DNA of 64,000 nt, taken from the NCBI GenBank assembly GCA_951406725.2, contig OX597820.1, positions 114,638,001 through 114,702,000 on the forward strand, given 5' to 3'. The number at the start of each line of letters is the position of its first letter. Positions within the stretch are counted from its first letter, which is position 1. The position numbers were made by a program, and so were the translations under genes. Below are positions 1-13,529 of the stretch, in pieces. The stretch comes from Octopus vulgaris. Its lineage: Eukaryota. The notes beneath the pieces are model-generated. The model was not told where the DNA came from. It did no database searches and worked only from the letters and a program-made list of their open reading frames with translations.

Positions 1-245
1 TCCTTGTTTTTTTTAAACTACAGCCTTCAAAATGATGGGGGGGGGATATCTTGGTGTGAAAGTGTTTTGTAAACTCTTTTTTTTTACAACCCCTCCCTCA
101 TCATCCCACTCCAGACCTATTTTGGCCAATTTTTTTTTTTTGCACCTCAAAACCATGGGAAGAGCATTTTCAGTAAAAAAATTTTCAAAACCTGTTAATA
201 TTTTCAGAGGGAAAAGTGAGCCTGGTTGCAGGTGCCAGAGGATGC

Positions 246-1304
246 GGAGCAGGCTGTGGCTGTAGTATGCCATCTGAGTGACTCAGAGTTGAGGAGATTG
301 CATACCATGCATCACATGGGTGTGGACAGGACATTGTTCCTAGCCAGGAAAGTTGACTCTGATGTAACAAGACGGAGCATGTAGGGAGTGATTAGCAGCT
401 GTGACAGGTGCCAGTCCATCGACCCTGCTCCAGGTGTACATGAGGCAGGAAATATTCCAGTGGACCATGACTGGAAATGACTGGCGGTGGACATAACACA
501 TTACCGGCAGGGGACATACCTCTCAATGGTTGACTGCAGACCGGGGCGGTGGGCCATATGGAGGGAGATGAAGATGGGGACCGCAGAGGAAACTGTGAAA
601 GTATTGAATGAGATATTCCTGGAACGAGGCCCCGTGGATGAACTGCTTATGGATAATGGCACTGCATTTCACTTGGAGGTGCTGAAAGAAATACTTGATG
701 GGTGGAAGGTCAACCGCTTCTTCAGGGTGGCATACTGGCCAAGTGAAAATGGGATGGTAGAAAAACATCATCATACCATCATGACCATAGCAGAGAGGGG
801 CCGCATTTCACCAATCGAGGCTGTATTTTGGTACAATATGTTGCCCAGATCAGGACAGGCTGAGGAGTCGGTGCCACACAGGGCAATATTCAGTTATGAG
901 TGGAGGCATCCGTGTACTGCATCAATGCGACCCAGGGCAGAGGAAGAACACGCCTTTATGCAGATTGGGGAAGAAATTTGGGTAAGACCCCCAAATGCAC
1001 GGTGTACTTCGTGATGGGAAAAGGGAACAATAACCTCCATCAATTCGAAGAACAAGTCTCTGTCGATGGTATGCCACGCCACATTTTGGATATACGGAAG
1101 ATTGTCCATGCCTCAGAGGATGGAACCAGCAGCAGTGGACAAGAAAATAAAAACAACAACAGTAGGCAAGAAGATGAAGACAACATCAGTAGACAAGATG
1201 ATGAAGCCAGCAGCAACATGCCAGGAACCAGTCCTAGGGTCGCACTGCGACCACAGAGGGAACGGCACCCTTCTCCATGGTTGGCTGATTATGAAACCAG
1301 TTAA
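246..1304 (+). mobile_element. Gypsy/Ty3 LTR retrotransposon remnant: degenerate integrase (pol C-terminus)
   Basis: The frame reads H..HHMGVDRT...CDRCQS (HHCC zinc finger), then LAVDITHY...LLMDNGTAF...NGMVEKHH (DDE core). It has in-frame stops and a frameshift near 1014. Confidence 0.85.
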
Positions 1305-1374
1305 GGTGTGAGTTCGGGAGTGAGAAGTGAGTGGGAAAGCCGGTTCAGTGATCTGTAGATCAGGGGAGGGGACG

Positions 1375-1671
1375 TGTGGTGTTGGTGGTGTTATGGGCTG
1401 TGATGAGCTATGTGGTGTTGGTGGAGAGGATGACAGATGAGGTGGGCGGAAGTAAGGCTTGCAGGGGCCGGCGGAAGAGTGAAAGGCGCATGCGTGGGCA
1501 AAGCACGTGTGGTCAGCAAGGAAGTGTGGTCAGTTCCAGCACAGATGGCAGAGCGACAAGATGTGTTGAATTCATGACAGAGTGGCCGCTGATTTTGCCA
1601 AGGTAAGGCCTTTTGTATTTCTTTCTCCCGTTGCTTCTTTTTCTGTTGTCCTTTTCCTCCATCACACTACA
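1375..1671 (+). mobile_element. 3' LTR of the Gypsy element
   Basis: A polypurine tract AGGGGAGGGGA (1362-1372) precedes it. The ends TGTGGTGT...ACACTACA form a TG..CA inverted pair with 1 mismatch. Confidence 0.75.
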
Positions 1672-2005
1672 TATGATACATTAAAAAAATTTTTTTTAAG
1701 ATTTCGACAAGCAGTGATGAAAACCACAATGATCCACAATACTTTCAAAGTTGGGGGCAGAGGTAAAATGCATAAATTGAACTTATGATGGTGTGTACGA
1801 AATTGTAGATGATCCTGCAAAAGAAACATTTATGAAAATGTTCACATAAATATTGTATTAAAATAAGTTATCTTTACAGAACATACTTGCAATTAATTAA
1901 ATCAAGGATCAAACAAGTTAGTAAAAGTTCTAATATTTTTGTAACAAGTGTCTCCATACATTCTAACGAAAAATTGAAAGAAAGAGATAATGTTAATTTC
2001 TCTTT

Positions 2006-2264
2006 GTGGTCCCATGCGCACACTCGCGTATCCGCGCTAGCTAGTCATGACTAGTCGATCCTTACTTTGTGTTTTTGTGTTATTAACTTTGTTTTAAAAA
2101 TTATTTACTTTGTGTTTTTATTTACTTTATTTAACAAAAATGATTTACTTTGTGTAAAAAAATTATTTATTTTGCTAGGTAGTCGTTTTAGGATCGACTA
2201 CTCACGACTAGCTAGCGCGGATGCGCGTGTGCGCGCACCGGGACCACTGTTCGCTAGTAGTACC
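2006..2264. mobile_element. MITE-like fold-back element, family C, copy 1
   Basis: About 55-bp GC-rich inverted arms (GTGGTCCC..GCGCTAGCTAGTC..AGTCGATCC / GGATCGACTA..GACTAGCTAGCGC..GGGACCAC) enclose a T-rich core. It ends in AGTAGTACC. A second copy is at 4483-4743. Confidence 0.75.
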
Positions 2265-2399
2265 GAACTTTTTTAAAAAGATTTTCCCCAACCTTCACCT
2301 CCGAATGTTTCACTTTAAGCTTTTTAGAAAGCCGGGAAGTTTTTTTTCAGAAATGATGTCGTTTATCTCTAGTTTGTTGACAAAATACGGCAGATATTG

Positions 2400-2607
2400 A
2401 ATTCACCTCAATAGACGTCACTGATTGGTTGAAATTGCCGAAATGCAAGAAATTAAAGAACAAATAGCTTACAAACTACAGAATTTCCTCAAGAAAGCCA
2501 AGAGAAAAAGATGTTTTATAAGCACATTCTACCAGTATACGAAGTTTAAAAGTGTTTAGTTACAAAGAAATTATTTTAAAAATCTGCCGGTCAAACCGAA
2601 AAGATCC
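2400..2607. mobile_element. Partial copy of the GGATC-ended MITE family A
   Basis: It matches the right part of 54364-54777, including the terminus CTGCCGGTCAAACCGAAAAGATCC. Confidence 0.75.
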
Positions 2608-3064
2608 GTTTCTAGTATGTTTTCTGGTGGTGCTCTGATATTTTTTACACCTGCCTGTTTCAGTGGAATTCTACGCATGCGTAAAGCATCAGACCAAAGT
2701 GAATCATTTTGAGTTTTTCCTTTTCTGAAAGCGGGGGAGGTGATGGAGGGGGGTGAGGTGGAGAAAGGGCCATTGAGTGTTTCTTAAAGAAAAATTAAAA
2801 TTGAAAAACAAAAAATTCCCAGATTCGTAATCTGTAATTTTTCAACGTGGTTTAAAAAGAAAAATTCGATAAAAAGTTTTAAAATTAATAAATTGAGGTG
2901 GGCAGGGGGTTTGGGGTTAAAATTTGAAAACGTGGTTTTGGGGCAAAATTGTATTCTCCTATATCGAAAACAGAAATCCGAAAAAAACTTTTGAAAAAAA
3001 GAAAAAGTCGAAACACTGGAAATGGGTGGTGTACACGCCCTTTATCTTCGCCTAACTTCATAAA

Positions 3065-3555
<491 letters not shown>

Positions 3556-3746
3556 TTTATAAATACGTACGGACCTACATATGTAGGTATGCGTGTATAA
3601 TTATATATGTATAATCTACGTATGCTGCCCCGTCGTTCGTAGTTTTATTATTATACACCTCAGTGCTTCTCCCGTTTGTCTGTGTCTGTCTCCCTTTCTC
3701 CCTCCTCGTTTCTCATTTAATCTTCGCTGTTCTCGGTGCCACAAAA

Positions 3747-3961
3747 ATGGAGACAAACGGCTACGAAGCAGAAGACGATCCGACCAGTGCAGCAGCAACG
3801 TCGTCGGTCACCACAACCACAACCACAACAACACTTAATAACCATAAGGCCGAGCAAGAAGCTCTGAGGGAAGCTGCGGCCATCGGTGACATTATTAAAC
3901 TGCGTCAACTTGTGGAAAACTTTCATGTCGATATCAATTCGCAGAACAGTCTGAACGGATA
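3747..3961 (+). CDS. ANKRD40: ANKRD40-like, alternative first coding exon 1A
   Basis: It translates as METNG...EQEALREAAAIGDIIKLRQLVENFHVDINSQNSLNG, resembling the ANKRD40 N-terminus (LREAAALGD...VDVNSQNEVNG). A phase-2 donor TA|GTAAGC lies at 3962. It joins exon 2 as TA|T = Tyr. Confidence 0.75.
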
Positions 3962-4204
3962 GTAAGCAACAACTTACTTTTTAACCGGGTTTCGCTTTGT
4001 GAATACCTTTTTTCTTTTTAATCGGTCAATATAAGAAATATGCACGATTTATTATATGAGCTACTCTTTGATCTTTCAGTATCTCTTATCAGATTATGTT
4101 CGATTACAAAAGTGGTTTCTATGGTCGTTTCAAAAACAAAAACATAAACTCCATTTCATCTCTCTCAACGATATATATACACACACATATATATATACAC
4201 ATAT

Positions 4205-4275
<71 letters not shown>

Positions 4276-4482
4276 TATGGTACTTGTCGACAAGTACCCA
4301 TATATATATATACACACACACATATATATATACATATATATATAGGGTGTGTGTGTATAAACATTTTATTGTGTGTATATAAAGATTTCAGTGTATGTAT
4401 TTGAATATATATATATATATATATATATAGTATATGCATATACTATATATATAGTGTATGCATATAATATATATTATATAGT

Positions 4483-4743
4483 GTGGTCCCGGTGCGCGCT
4501 AGCTAGTCGTGACTAGTCGATCCTTACTTTGTGTTTTTGTGTTATTTACTTTGTTTAAAAAATTATTTACTTTGTGTTTTTGTGTTTTATTTACTTAGTT
4601 TAACAAAAATTATTTACTTTGTGTAAAAAAATTATTTATTTTGTTTTATTTACTCTGCTACGTAGTCAGTCGTTGTAGGATCGACTAGTCACGACTAGCT
4701 AGCGCGGATGCGCGCACCGGGACCACTGTTCTCAAGTAGTACC
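4483..4743. mobile_element. MITE-like fold-back element, family C, copy 2
   Basis: It has the same arms and core as 2006-2264 and ends in AGTAGTACC. Confidence 0.75.
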
Positions 4744-5286
4744 ATATATATATATATAGGGTGTGTGTGTGTATAAACATTTTATTATGTTTATATAAAA
4801 ATTTTAGCGTATGTGTTTGTATATATAGTATATAGTGTATGCATATAATATATATTACATAGTGTCTATCTATCTATCTATTCACTGTTGACTGTCGGGG
4901 AAAAAAAAGAGTACTCACTACCATAGTAAAGATTAATAACATATTTTATTTTGCCGTGTCAGTCGCTTGCTAACCTGGTTTTCACCTGTGGGGCCTTAAT
5001 TGGATCTGGTGCAAGTCATAACTTGCCTGAAGAAGACACACACAGGTGAAATGAGAACGACTCGGACCAAATTAGACGGGCATTCTTCGGAAGAATGTTG
5101 TACGGATATATGTAGGGCCGATTTTATTTTGAGATATGTGATGCTTATATCGAAAGATGTGAAATATTACTGCCCCGAACAGTCAAGTGAGACATTCCCA
5201 ACCTGTTCCTTACAATGGCCGCAGTCACATGACTGAATCGAGTAAAAAATGAAATCTATGCTATAGTGCGCATGTACGTGTAATAT

Positions 5287-5295
5287 ATGTATGTA

Positions 5296-5332
<37 letters not shown>

Positions 5333-5589
5333 TACATATATGTATTATATATATGTATATGTATTATATATATATATATGTATTTATATATATATATGTT
5401 ATATATATATATAAATACATGTATATATATATTACATGTATATGTATATATATATTACATGTATATGTATATATATATATATATTACATGTATATGTATA
5501 TATATATATATATTTACATGTATATGTATATATATTACATATGTATGTATGTATATATATATATATATTATATATATATATATTATATG

Positions 5590-5624
<35 letters not shown>

Positions 5625-5909
5625 TTATATATATTTACATGTATATGTATATATATTACATATGTATGTATGTATATATATTATATGTATATATATCATC
5701 ATCATCATCATCATCATTTAGCGTCCGTTTTCCATGCTAGCATGGGTTGGACGGTTCTGCTGGGGTCTGTGAAGCCAGAAGGCTTCATCAGGCCCAGTCA
5801 AATCTGGCAGTGTTTCTACGGCTGGATGCCCTTCCTAACGCCAACCACTCCGTATATTTATATATATATTTATATATATTTACTTGTATATGTATATATA
5901 TATTACATG

Positions 5910-5953
<44 letters not shown>

Positions 5954-5992
5954 ATATATATATATTTACTTGTATATGTATATATATATTAC

Positions 5993-6032
<40 letters not shown>

Positions 6033-6129
6033 TTATATATATTTACTTGTATATGTATATATATATTTACATGTATATGTATATACATACATGTATATGT
6101 ATATATAAATATATGTATACGGATATATT

Positions 6130-6165
<36 letters not shown>
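5287..6165. repeat. Imperfect (TA)n/(TATG)n microsatellite field containing an RTE-tail fragment (5697-5853, minus)
   Basis: Directly visible low complexity. The fragment matches the repeat at 6511 onward. Confidence 0.9.
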
Positions 6166-6167
6166 AT

Positions 6168-6489
6168 CCCGTGTCGGTGGCACGTAAAAAGCACCATCCG
6201 AATCGTGGCCGAAACCAGTGCCGCCTCGACTGGCTTCCGTGTAGGTGGCACGTAAAATGCACCAATCCGACCATGGCCGATGCCAGCCTTGCCTGGCATC
6301 AGTGCAGGTGGCACGTAAAAGCACCCACTACACTCATGGAGTGGTTGGTGTTAGGAAGGGCATCCAGCTGTAGAAACATTGCCAGATAAGACCGGAGCCT
6401 GGTGCAGCCTTCTGGCTTCCCAGATCCCCGGTCGAACTGTCCAACCCATGCTAGCATGGAGAACGGACGTTAAACGATGATGATGATGA
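6168..6489 (+). mobile_element. RTE-LINE 3' UTR / RTE-tail short element with (GAT)n tail
   Basis: It has internal GTGGCACGTAAAAAGCACC subrepeats and ends in AAACGATGATGATG. It is homologous to the 3' end of the RTE at 41878-42972. Confidence 0.8.
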
Positions 6490-6510
6490 ATTGTATATAT
6501 ACATATATAT

Positions 6511-6930
6511 CATCATCATCATCGTTTAACGTCCGCTTTCCATGCTAGCATGGGTTGGACGGCTCAACTGGGGTCTGGGAAGCCCGAAGGCTGCACCAGG
6601 CCAGTCAGATCTGGCAGTGTTTCTACAGCTGGATGCCCTTCTTAACGCCAACCACTCCGAGTGTGTAGTGGGTGATTTTATGTGCCACCGACACAGGTGC
6701 CAAACGAGACTGGCGAACGGCCACGCTCGGATAGTGTTTTTTACGTGCCACTGGCACGGAGGCCAGTCAATGCGGTACTGGCTACGGCCACATTTGGATG
6801 GTTTTCGTATGTGCCACCGGCACTGGTACCACAAAACTACAAATTCCATTAATGTTCATCGAGTTTGCTTTTGATTTTGTCCATTTTCACTTGCCTCAAC
6901 AGGTCTTCACAAGTAGAGTTATGTGTCCCG
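6511..6930 (-). mobile_element. RTE-LINE 3' UTR copy, tail-to-tail with the previous copy
   Basis: It starts with (CAT)n CGTTTAACGTCC and belongs to the same family. Confidence 0.8.
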
Positions 6931-6991
6931 TATTTATAAAAATATATATATGTATACATGTAAATATATATGTATAAATACATACATATAT

Positions 6992-7033
<42 letters not shown>

Positions 7034-7234
7034 TTTATATATATGTATATGCATGTGTATATGTAAATATATATGCATTTATATATATGTATATGCATGT
7101 GTATATGTAAATATATATGCATTTATATATATGTATATGCATGTGTATATGTAAATATATATTCATGTATATATATGTATGTATGTATGTGTGTATATGT
7201 ATATATGTGTGTGTGTATGCACATATATATATAT

Positions 7235-7532
7235 ATAAACTAGAGAAAACCCACTATTATGCAATCGAAGCAATGATAGACATAAACCAAATCATAAATA
7301 AAAAATAAAATATATTTTAAAACACAACTAGATCACAAAAAATACAAAAATGAATAAATAATATATAACATAATATACTTATTATATAAATATACTTATT
7401 ATATATTGTTTATTCATTTTTGTACTTTTTGTGATCTAGTTGTGTTTTAAAATATATTTTATTTTTTATTTATGATTTGGATTTTGTCTATCATTGTTTG
7501 AATTGCATAATAGTGGTTTTTCTCTAATTTAT
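7235..7532. repeat. AT-rich fold-back palindrome with ~135-bp arms
   Basis: The left arm AGAGAAAACCCACTATTATGCAAT...CACAACTAGATCACAAAAA has its reverse complement at about 7400-7532. Confidence 0.85.
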
Positions 7533-7614
7533 ATATATTATTATATATTTATACTGTGAAATTTGATTTAATACTAAATTGAATTTTTCCCTGTAAGTTT
7601 GGAGTTATACTCCC

Positions 7615-7694
<80 letters not shown>

Positions 7695-8002
7695 TGAGAT
7701 ATGCATTGTTGAAGTTTTGTTGTACACTTATTCCAAAAGCACATATCTTCCATGGAAAGTGGATCATTTGCACTTTCAAAGGGGCTCTATCCCTTTTTAT
7801 AAACACATTTAGTGGGGTCGAATAATATTGTAAGATGGTAAAATTTTGGAAATCGTCTTTATTTATTAACTAGTACTTGTTATTTTAATAGAAATTGGAG
7901 GTATTTCAAATTTCACAAATAGATAATACGAGCAAAACACCTCCCGTCCAATGGATGGTGCTGAATCACATTTGCTGAATATGTTCAGTACTATTTGCTT
8001 AA

Positions 8003-10398
8003 TGTTAAAGTGATGCCGACAATGATCTCGGATCACAACATAATAGAGCTGTCTATGTATGGAACAAAAGCCCCCGCAGACACACAGCCTATACGAAGCA
8101 TCCACAATCTCTCCAGATTAAACTTTCATAAAGCAAATTGGAAGTTGATCGAGAAAGAGATCCTCAAACAGGATTGGCCTAAAAGTCTCTCCACACCAGA
8201 CATTGACATGAAACACAAACACTTCATGTCCATAATACAAGCCATATGTGACAAATATGTCCCAGTGTGCAGGGCCAGCACACACAAAAACAGGATCCCT
8301 AGAGAAAAGAAGATTCTTATGAGACAACGGACAAGGATTGATAACTGCCTGAGCAAGCACACCAAAAGTGGTGAGAAGTCTCGGCTTGAGAGAAGGCTAA
8401 TGGAAATTGAGAAAAGTCTGCATCAGTCTCATGAAAAGGAGAGAGCAGATAAAGAAGCTTGGGTAATAGAAAATATCAAGTCAAACCCTAAAGCTTTCTT
8501 TAAGTTTGCCAAAGAGACAGTCACAGTGTGCCAGAGAATAGGACCTCTCTTCTAAAAAGATGGCTCCCTCACAGGAAATCCCATGAGGATAAGTGAAATA
8601 CTGAACGAACAGTTCCAAAATGTGTTCACTACACCTCTAGGACACAGGCAAGTAAACAACCCAGAAGAATTCTTTGCCACTTTACCTGCGGCCAAAGAGG
8701 CAAAAATTGAGTACATCAACATTGAAGATGATGATATCACACTGGCCATAGATGAGATTGACACAAACTCAGCTGCTGGACCTGATGGATTCCCAGCGAT
8801 CCTTCTCAAATCGTGCAAACGAGCCCTTACAAAACCGCTACAGCTTCGTTTTCAGAGCTCTCTTGCAAGTGGTAAGCTCCTAGTCAAATTGAAAGAGGGG
8901 GTAATATGCCCTATCCATAAGGGAGGAAGCAGAGCAGATGCTAAAAATTATAGGCCTATCTCTCTGACTTCACACATCAGCAAAGTCATGGAACGAATAG
9001 TCTGCAAGAAACTATTCATGTTCCTTGAAGAAAATGACTTGCTGACTGACACCCAGCATGGATTTCGACCAGGTAGAAACTGCCTAACACAGCTCCTGCA
9101 ACACTATGACTGGGTGTTAAAACAGCTACTAAATGGCTCAAATGTGGATGTGATATATGTCGACTTTGCAAAAGCCTTTGATAAAGACGAGCGTGGTATG
9201 ATTTGTCACAAAACTGCGTGGTCTCGACATAGGCGAAAAACTTGGAGAGTGACTGCACAACTTCCTAAAAGATAGAAGGCAGGCAGTTGTGGCCAATGGA
9301 GCCACCTCCAAGGAAACACAAATAACAAGCAGTGTTCCACAGGGCACTGTCTTGGGGCCACTGCTGTTCATAGTGGCCCTTTCAGACATGCCCTCAGTTA
9401 CTAAGATGGCCACCCTTGCTAGCTATGCAGATGACACAAAAGTCTCCCACACAATACAAAACCCTGGAAATATTGCACATCTGCAACAGGAGTTGGATAC
9501 AATATACAGGTGGGCTGAGGACAACAACATGCAGTTTAATGCAGGTAAGTTCCAGGCCCTGCGCTACCGGCACACAAAGGTAAACGACATGCAGACTGGA
9601 TACACTGGCCCGGGAAGAATTGTAATTCCTGAGTCAAAATCAGTGCGTGACCTGGGCATTGACATGAGCAATGATGCCTCTTTCCAAGTGCATATTACTA
9701 ATTTGGTGATAAAATGCAAACGGCTAGCTGGATGGATTCTCTGAACTTTCAGAACAAGAGAGAAGGAGACACTGATGGTCCTCTGGAAAACTTTGGTCCT
9801 CAGCCGCTTGGACTACTGCTCCCAACTATGGTCACAACACAATATAAAGCTAACAGCAGAACTCGAAGCAATTCAAAGAAGCTACACAAAGAAGATCGTC
9901 TCAATGCAAAATGTCAGCTACTGGGAAAGACTGAAAGTATTAAAACTCTTCTCCCTAGAGCGAAGGCGGGAGAGACATGCAGTGATGTACATCTGGAAAA
10001 TCCTGGAGGGTCTTGTCCCAAACTTTGGCATTCAAAGTTACCCCAACCACAGAACGGGGCGCCACATGGTGCCAAAGATTCCAACATCACCATCAAAATA
10101 CAGGACCAGATACTGCAACAGCTTGGGTTTCAGAGGACCACAGCTCTTCAACATCCTCCCTAAATGCCTGAGAGACTTGCATGGTGGGGTTTCTTTAAAA
10201 CTAAACTGGATCTCTTCTTGTCAGGGGTCCCAGATGAACCTACCTCTTGGCAGGAGACACAGATGCGGGCAGCGGCATCAAACTCCCTTGTCAACCAAGT
10301 GCCAAGTATCAGAGGTGGGTTCACATACTAGTGTAGCTCATTCAGCGGTGGTGCCCCAGCATGGCCACAGCCTTCGGGCTGAAACATTTTAAAGGATT

Positions 10399-10399
<1 letters not shown>
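8003..10399 (+). mobile_element. 5'-truncated CR1-like LINE with degenerate ORF2 (end of APE endonuclease plus RT)
   Basis: Motifs include SDHN, NSAAGPDG, NYRPISLTS, QHGFRPG, VDFAKAFD, VPQGTVLGPLLF, YADD, DYCSQLW and YWERLK..SLERRR. There are stops at 8553 and 9742 and a frameshift near 9200. The 3' tail is GGTGCCCCAGCATGGCCACAGCCTTCGGGCTGAAAC. Confidence 0.93.
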
Positions 10400-10429
<30 letters not shown>

Positions 10430-10433
10430 CATC

Positions 10434-10489
<56 letters not shown>

Positions 10490-10946
10490 GCATACCTTTC
10501 CTTCTTGGGACACAAAACTCTACTTGTGAAGACCTGTTGAGGCAAGGGAAAATCGAAATCGATCAACATCAATGGAAGTTGCAGCTGTGATACCAGTGCC
10601 AGTGGTACGTAAGAGAACATCCGTACGTGGCTGTTGCCAGCGCTGTCCCGACTGGCCTCGTGCTGGTGGCACGTAAAAAGCACCATCCGATCGTGGCCTT
10701 TGCCAGCCTCGCCTGGCCCCCGTCCGGTGGCATGTAAAAAGCACCAGCCTCGTCTGGCACCTGTGCTGGTGGCACGTATAAAGCACCCACTACACTCATG
10801 GAGTGGTTGGCGTTAGGAAGGGCATCCAGCCGTAGGAACATTGTCAGATCAGACTGGGCCTGGTGCAGCCTTCTGGCTTCCCAGACCCCAGTTGAACCGT
10901 CCAACACGTGCTAGCATGGAAAGCGGAGGCTAAACGATGATGATGA
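10490..10946 (+). mobile_element. RTE-LINE 3' UTR copy
   Basis: Same family as 6168-6489. It ends in AAACGATGATGATG. Confidence 0.8.
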
Positions 10947-10948
10947 TA

Positions 10949-10982
<34 letters not shown>

Positions 10983-11008
10983 TATATGTATGTATATATG
11001 TATATATG

Positions 11009-11069
<61 letters not shown>

Positions 11070-11082
11070 ATGTGTGTGTGTG

Positions 11083-11122
<40 letters not shown>

Positions 11123-11357
11123 TGTGTGTATATATATATATGTGTGTGTGTGTGTGTATATATATATATGTGTGTGTGTGTGTATATATATGTGTGTGTG
11201 TGTATATATATATATGTGTGTGTGTGTGTGTATATATATATATGTGTGTGTGTATATATATATATAAAATGTGTATATATATGTATATATATATATATAT
11301 GTGTATATATATATGTATATGTGTATATATATATGTATATATATGTATATGTATATA

Positions 11358-11430
<73 letters not shown>

Positions 11431-11816
11431 CCTTAAAAATGTTTCAGCCCGAAGGCTGCGGCCATGCTGGGGCATACATATATATATATATATATATATA
11501 TACATACATATATATATGTATATAAGTAATGTATGTATATATATATGTATGTATACATACATGTATGTATGTATGTATACATACATGTATGTATGTATAT
11601 ATATGTATGTATGTATGTATGTATATGTATGTATGTATGTATATATGTATGTATGTATATATGTATGTATGTATATATATATATATGTATGTATATATAT
11701 ATATATGTATGTATGTATATATATATATATATGTATGTATGTATATATATATATATGTATGTATGTATATATATATGTATGTATGTATACATACATGTAT
11801 GTATGTATATATATAT
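10947..11816. repeat. (TA)n/(TG)n/(TATG)n microsatellite field containing a 48-bp inverted LINE tail (11427-11474)
   Basis: Directly visible. Confidence 0.9.
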
Positions 11817-13529
11817 TCCTAAATGTAATCACATGTGGACTATTGGCGATTGTTTTCCCCTTTGTCTTCCATTTGTGTGCATGACCATGCATGTGTCTAC
11901 AGTCTACATGAGATTTCCACAGATTCTATACATGCATCGTTTTGTACATCAAACACACACACACACACACACAGCTGTTACAATGAGATAACTGTTGTCA
12001 CTGCTGCTACTACTGTTAACACCTCCACCAGTAACTGCTGCTGCTGCTGCTGTTGATGATGTTGTCGTCTTCAGTTCATGTTGCAAAAACAGGCGAGATT
12101 CTATGACTTTGCTGTTTTCATTTCATTATTGTTTCCATCCTCAAATGAAAATTCTAGAACATTTCTACCTGTCCCTGTACGGTAATCCCTTGTCTTCTTC
12201 CCATCGGTTTCCACATTAGGTATGTGGATTTTATCTTTTCTTCTTGTCATCTTACCTCCTTCCTCTTATCCTCTGTTTTCCATTTAAAGGATCTTCTATA
12301 AAAACCCATTTGTGTGAAGATGCCTTTGTACATGTATATGTTATTGTGTGTGTACTTTCTCATGCAACTGTTTCTGTGTGTGTAGCTTATTGTTTATGTT
12401 TGTGCCATTGTGTCTGTATATGATGTTTGCCTTTACTTCATTCTGTCTGCAAGTGTTGTGTACTTTTATGCCATTGTGTATATATATATTATGCTTCTGT
12501 TTGTGTCATAGTACATAGCAAGGGACTGACTGTCAGTGAATCTGATCCATCCATTAAAAAAAAAAATTCCATTAGTTGAATTTTTGTACATAAAGCTTTT
12601 GTTTTTGGCGTGATTTAACAGAATTATAAATGTCACTTTGGTCCAGCTGGTTTGATCCGTTACCTTAACACTGCCTGCTTCCTTAAGCTCTCCCCCAAAA
12701 TACCGTAATTAGCTATGAAACAACATATGTTGTATTATGAAGTTTTCACCAAATCAAACATTCTGAAAACTGCAATGTGTGTATGTGTGTGTGTGTGAAA
12801 TTTTGAATTTAGTTCACGGACCCCCAGTACTACCTTTGTGGACCCCAGGTTGGGAACCACTGCACTGGGATAATGATAGTAATGATGATTTTACCCAAAT
12901 AGCCGGACATATATTTAGCACTATCCCTTCCATGCAGTCCAGACAAACATTGCTGGGATCTACACACACACACACCCCTAATAAGTGTAGGTAGATCACA
13001 ACAGGCCATATTCAGTGGCTCAGGCCCACCACTTTTCTCTCCAGCACCGACATGTTCTAAGTTCAATACCTGTTATCCGGGACCTTTCTTATACCTTCTA
13101 CATGGAGGGAGAAATATCTTTGTTGCCAACAGATGCAGTAACTTCTCAAAATCCCTACCATTCTCTCCTTACTCAAGCTACTATGCTTCTCACTTACACA
13201 GAACTGTTAAAAACGGTCACAATCTACTGTAATAATACTCTAGTGTTTTTCTCTGTCACAACAAATGAATGGGAAAGGAAGGGGTAATAGATGAATAAGG
13301 AAGGAAGGGGTGAAAAAAAATCAAACAGCGTTTCAACTCTGTGTGAGTTTATGTATATGTATGTAAAAGGGAGGTGTGTGTGTGTGTGTGTGCAATGGGA
13401 GTGGGATGGCGAACATTCATCACTGAAAAGAAAAATCAGTGTTTCAACTCTGTGTGAGTTTATGTGCGTATGTGTACCAGGGAAGTATGTAAATGTTTGT
13501 ATGTGAGATGCTAAGAGGCATTTCATTTA

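Noticed and set aside
3663-3962. Stand-alone 99-aa ORF with a premature TAG, suggesting a pseudogene
   Set aside because: The TAG overlaps a GTAAGC donor (TA|GTAAGC). After splicing the codon is TAT.
6168-6330. CRISPR-like repeat-spacer pattern (GTGGCACGTAAAAAGCACC)
   Set aside because: The spacers resemble each other, there are no cas genes, and the sequence is part of an RTE 3' UTR in a eukaryote.
12856-12875. PLHWD resembling a second ankyrin exon 2 for exon 1A
   Set aside because: It lies at a hAT-like terminal sequence (GGTTGGGAACCACTG), with no ankyrin continuation or splice sites.
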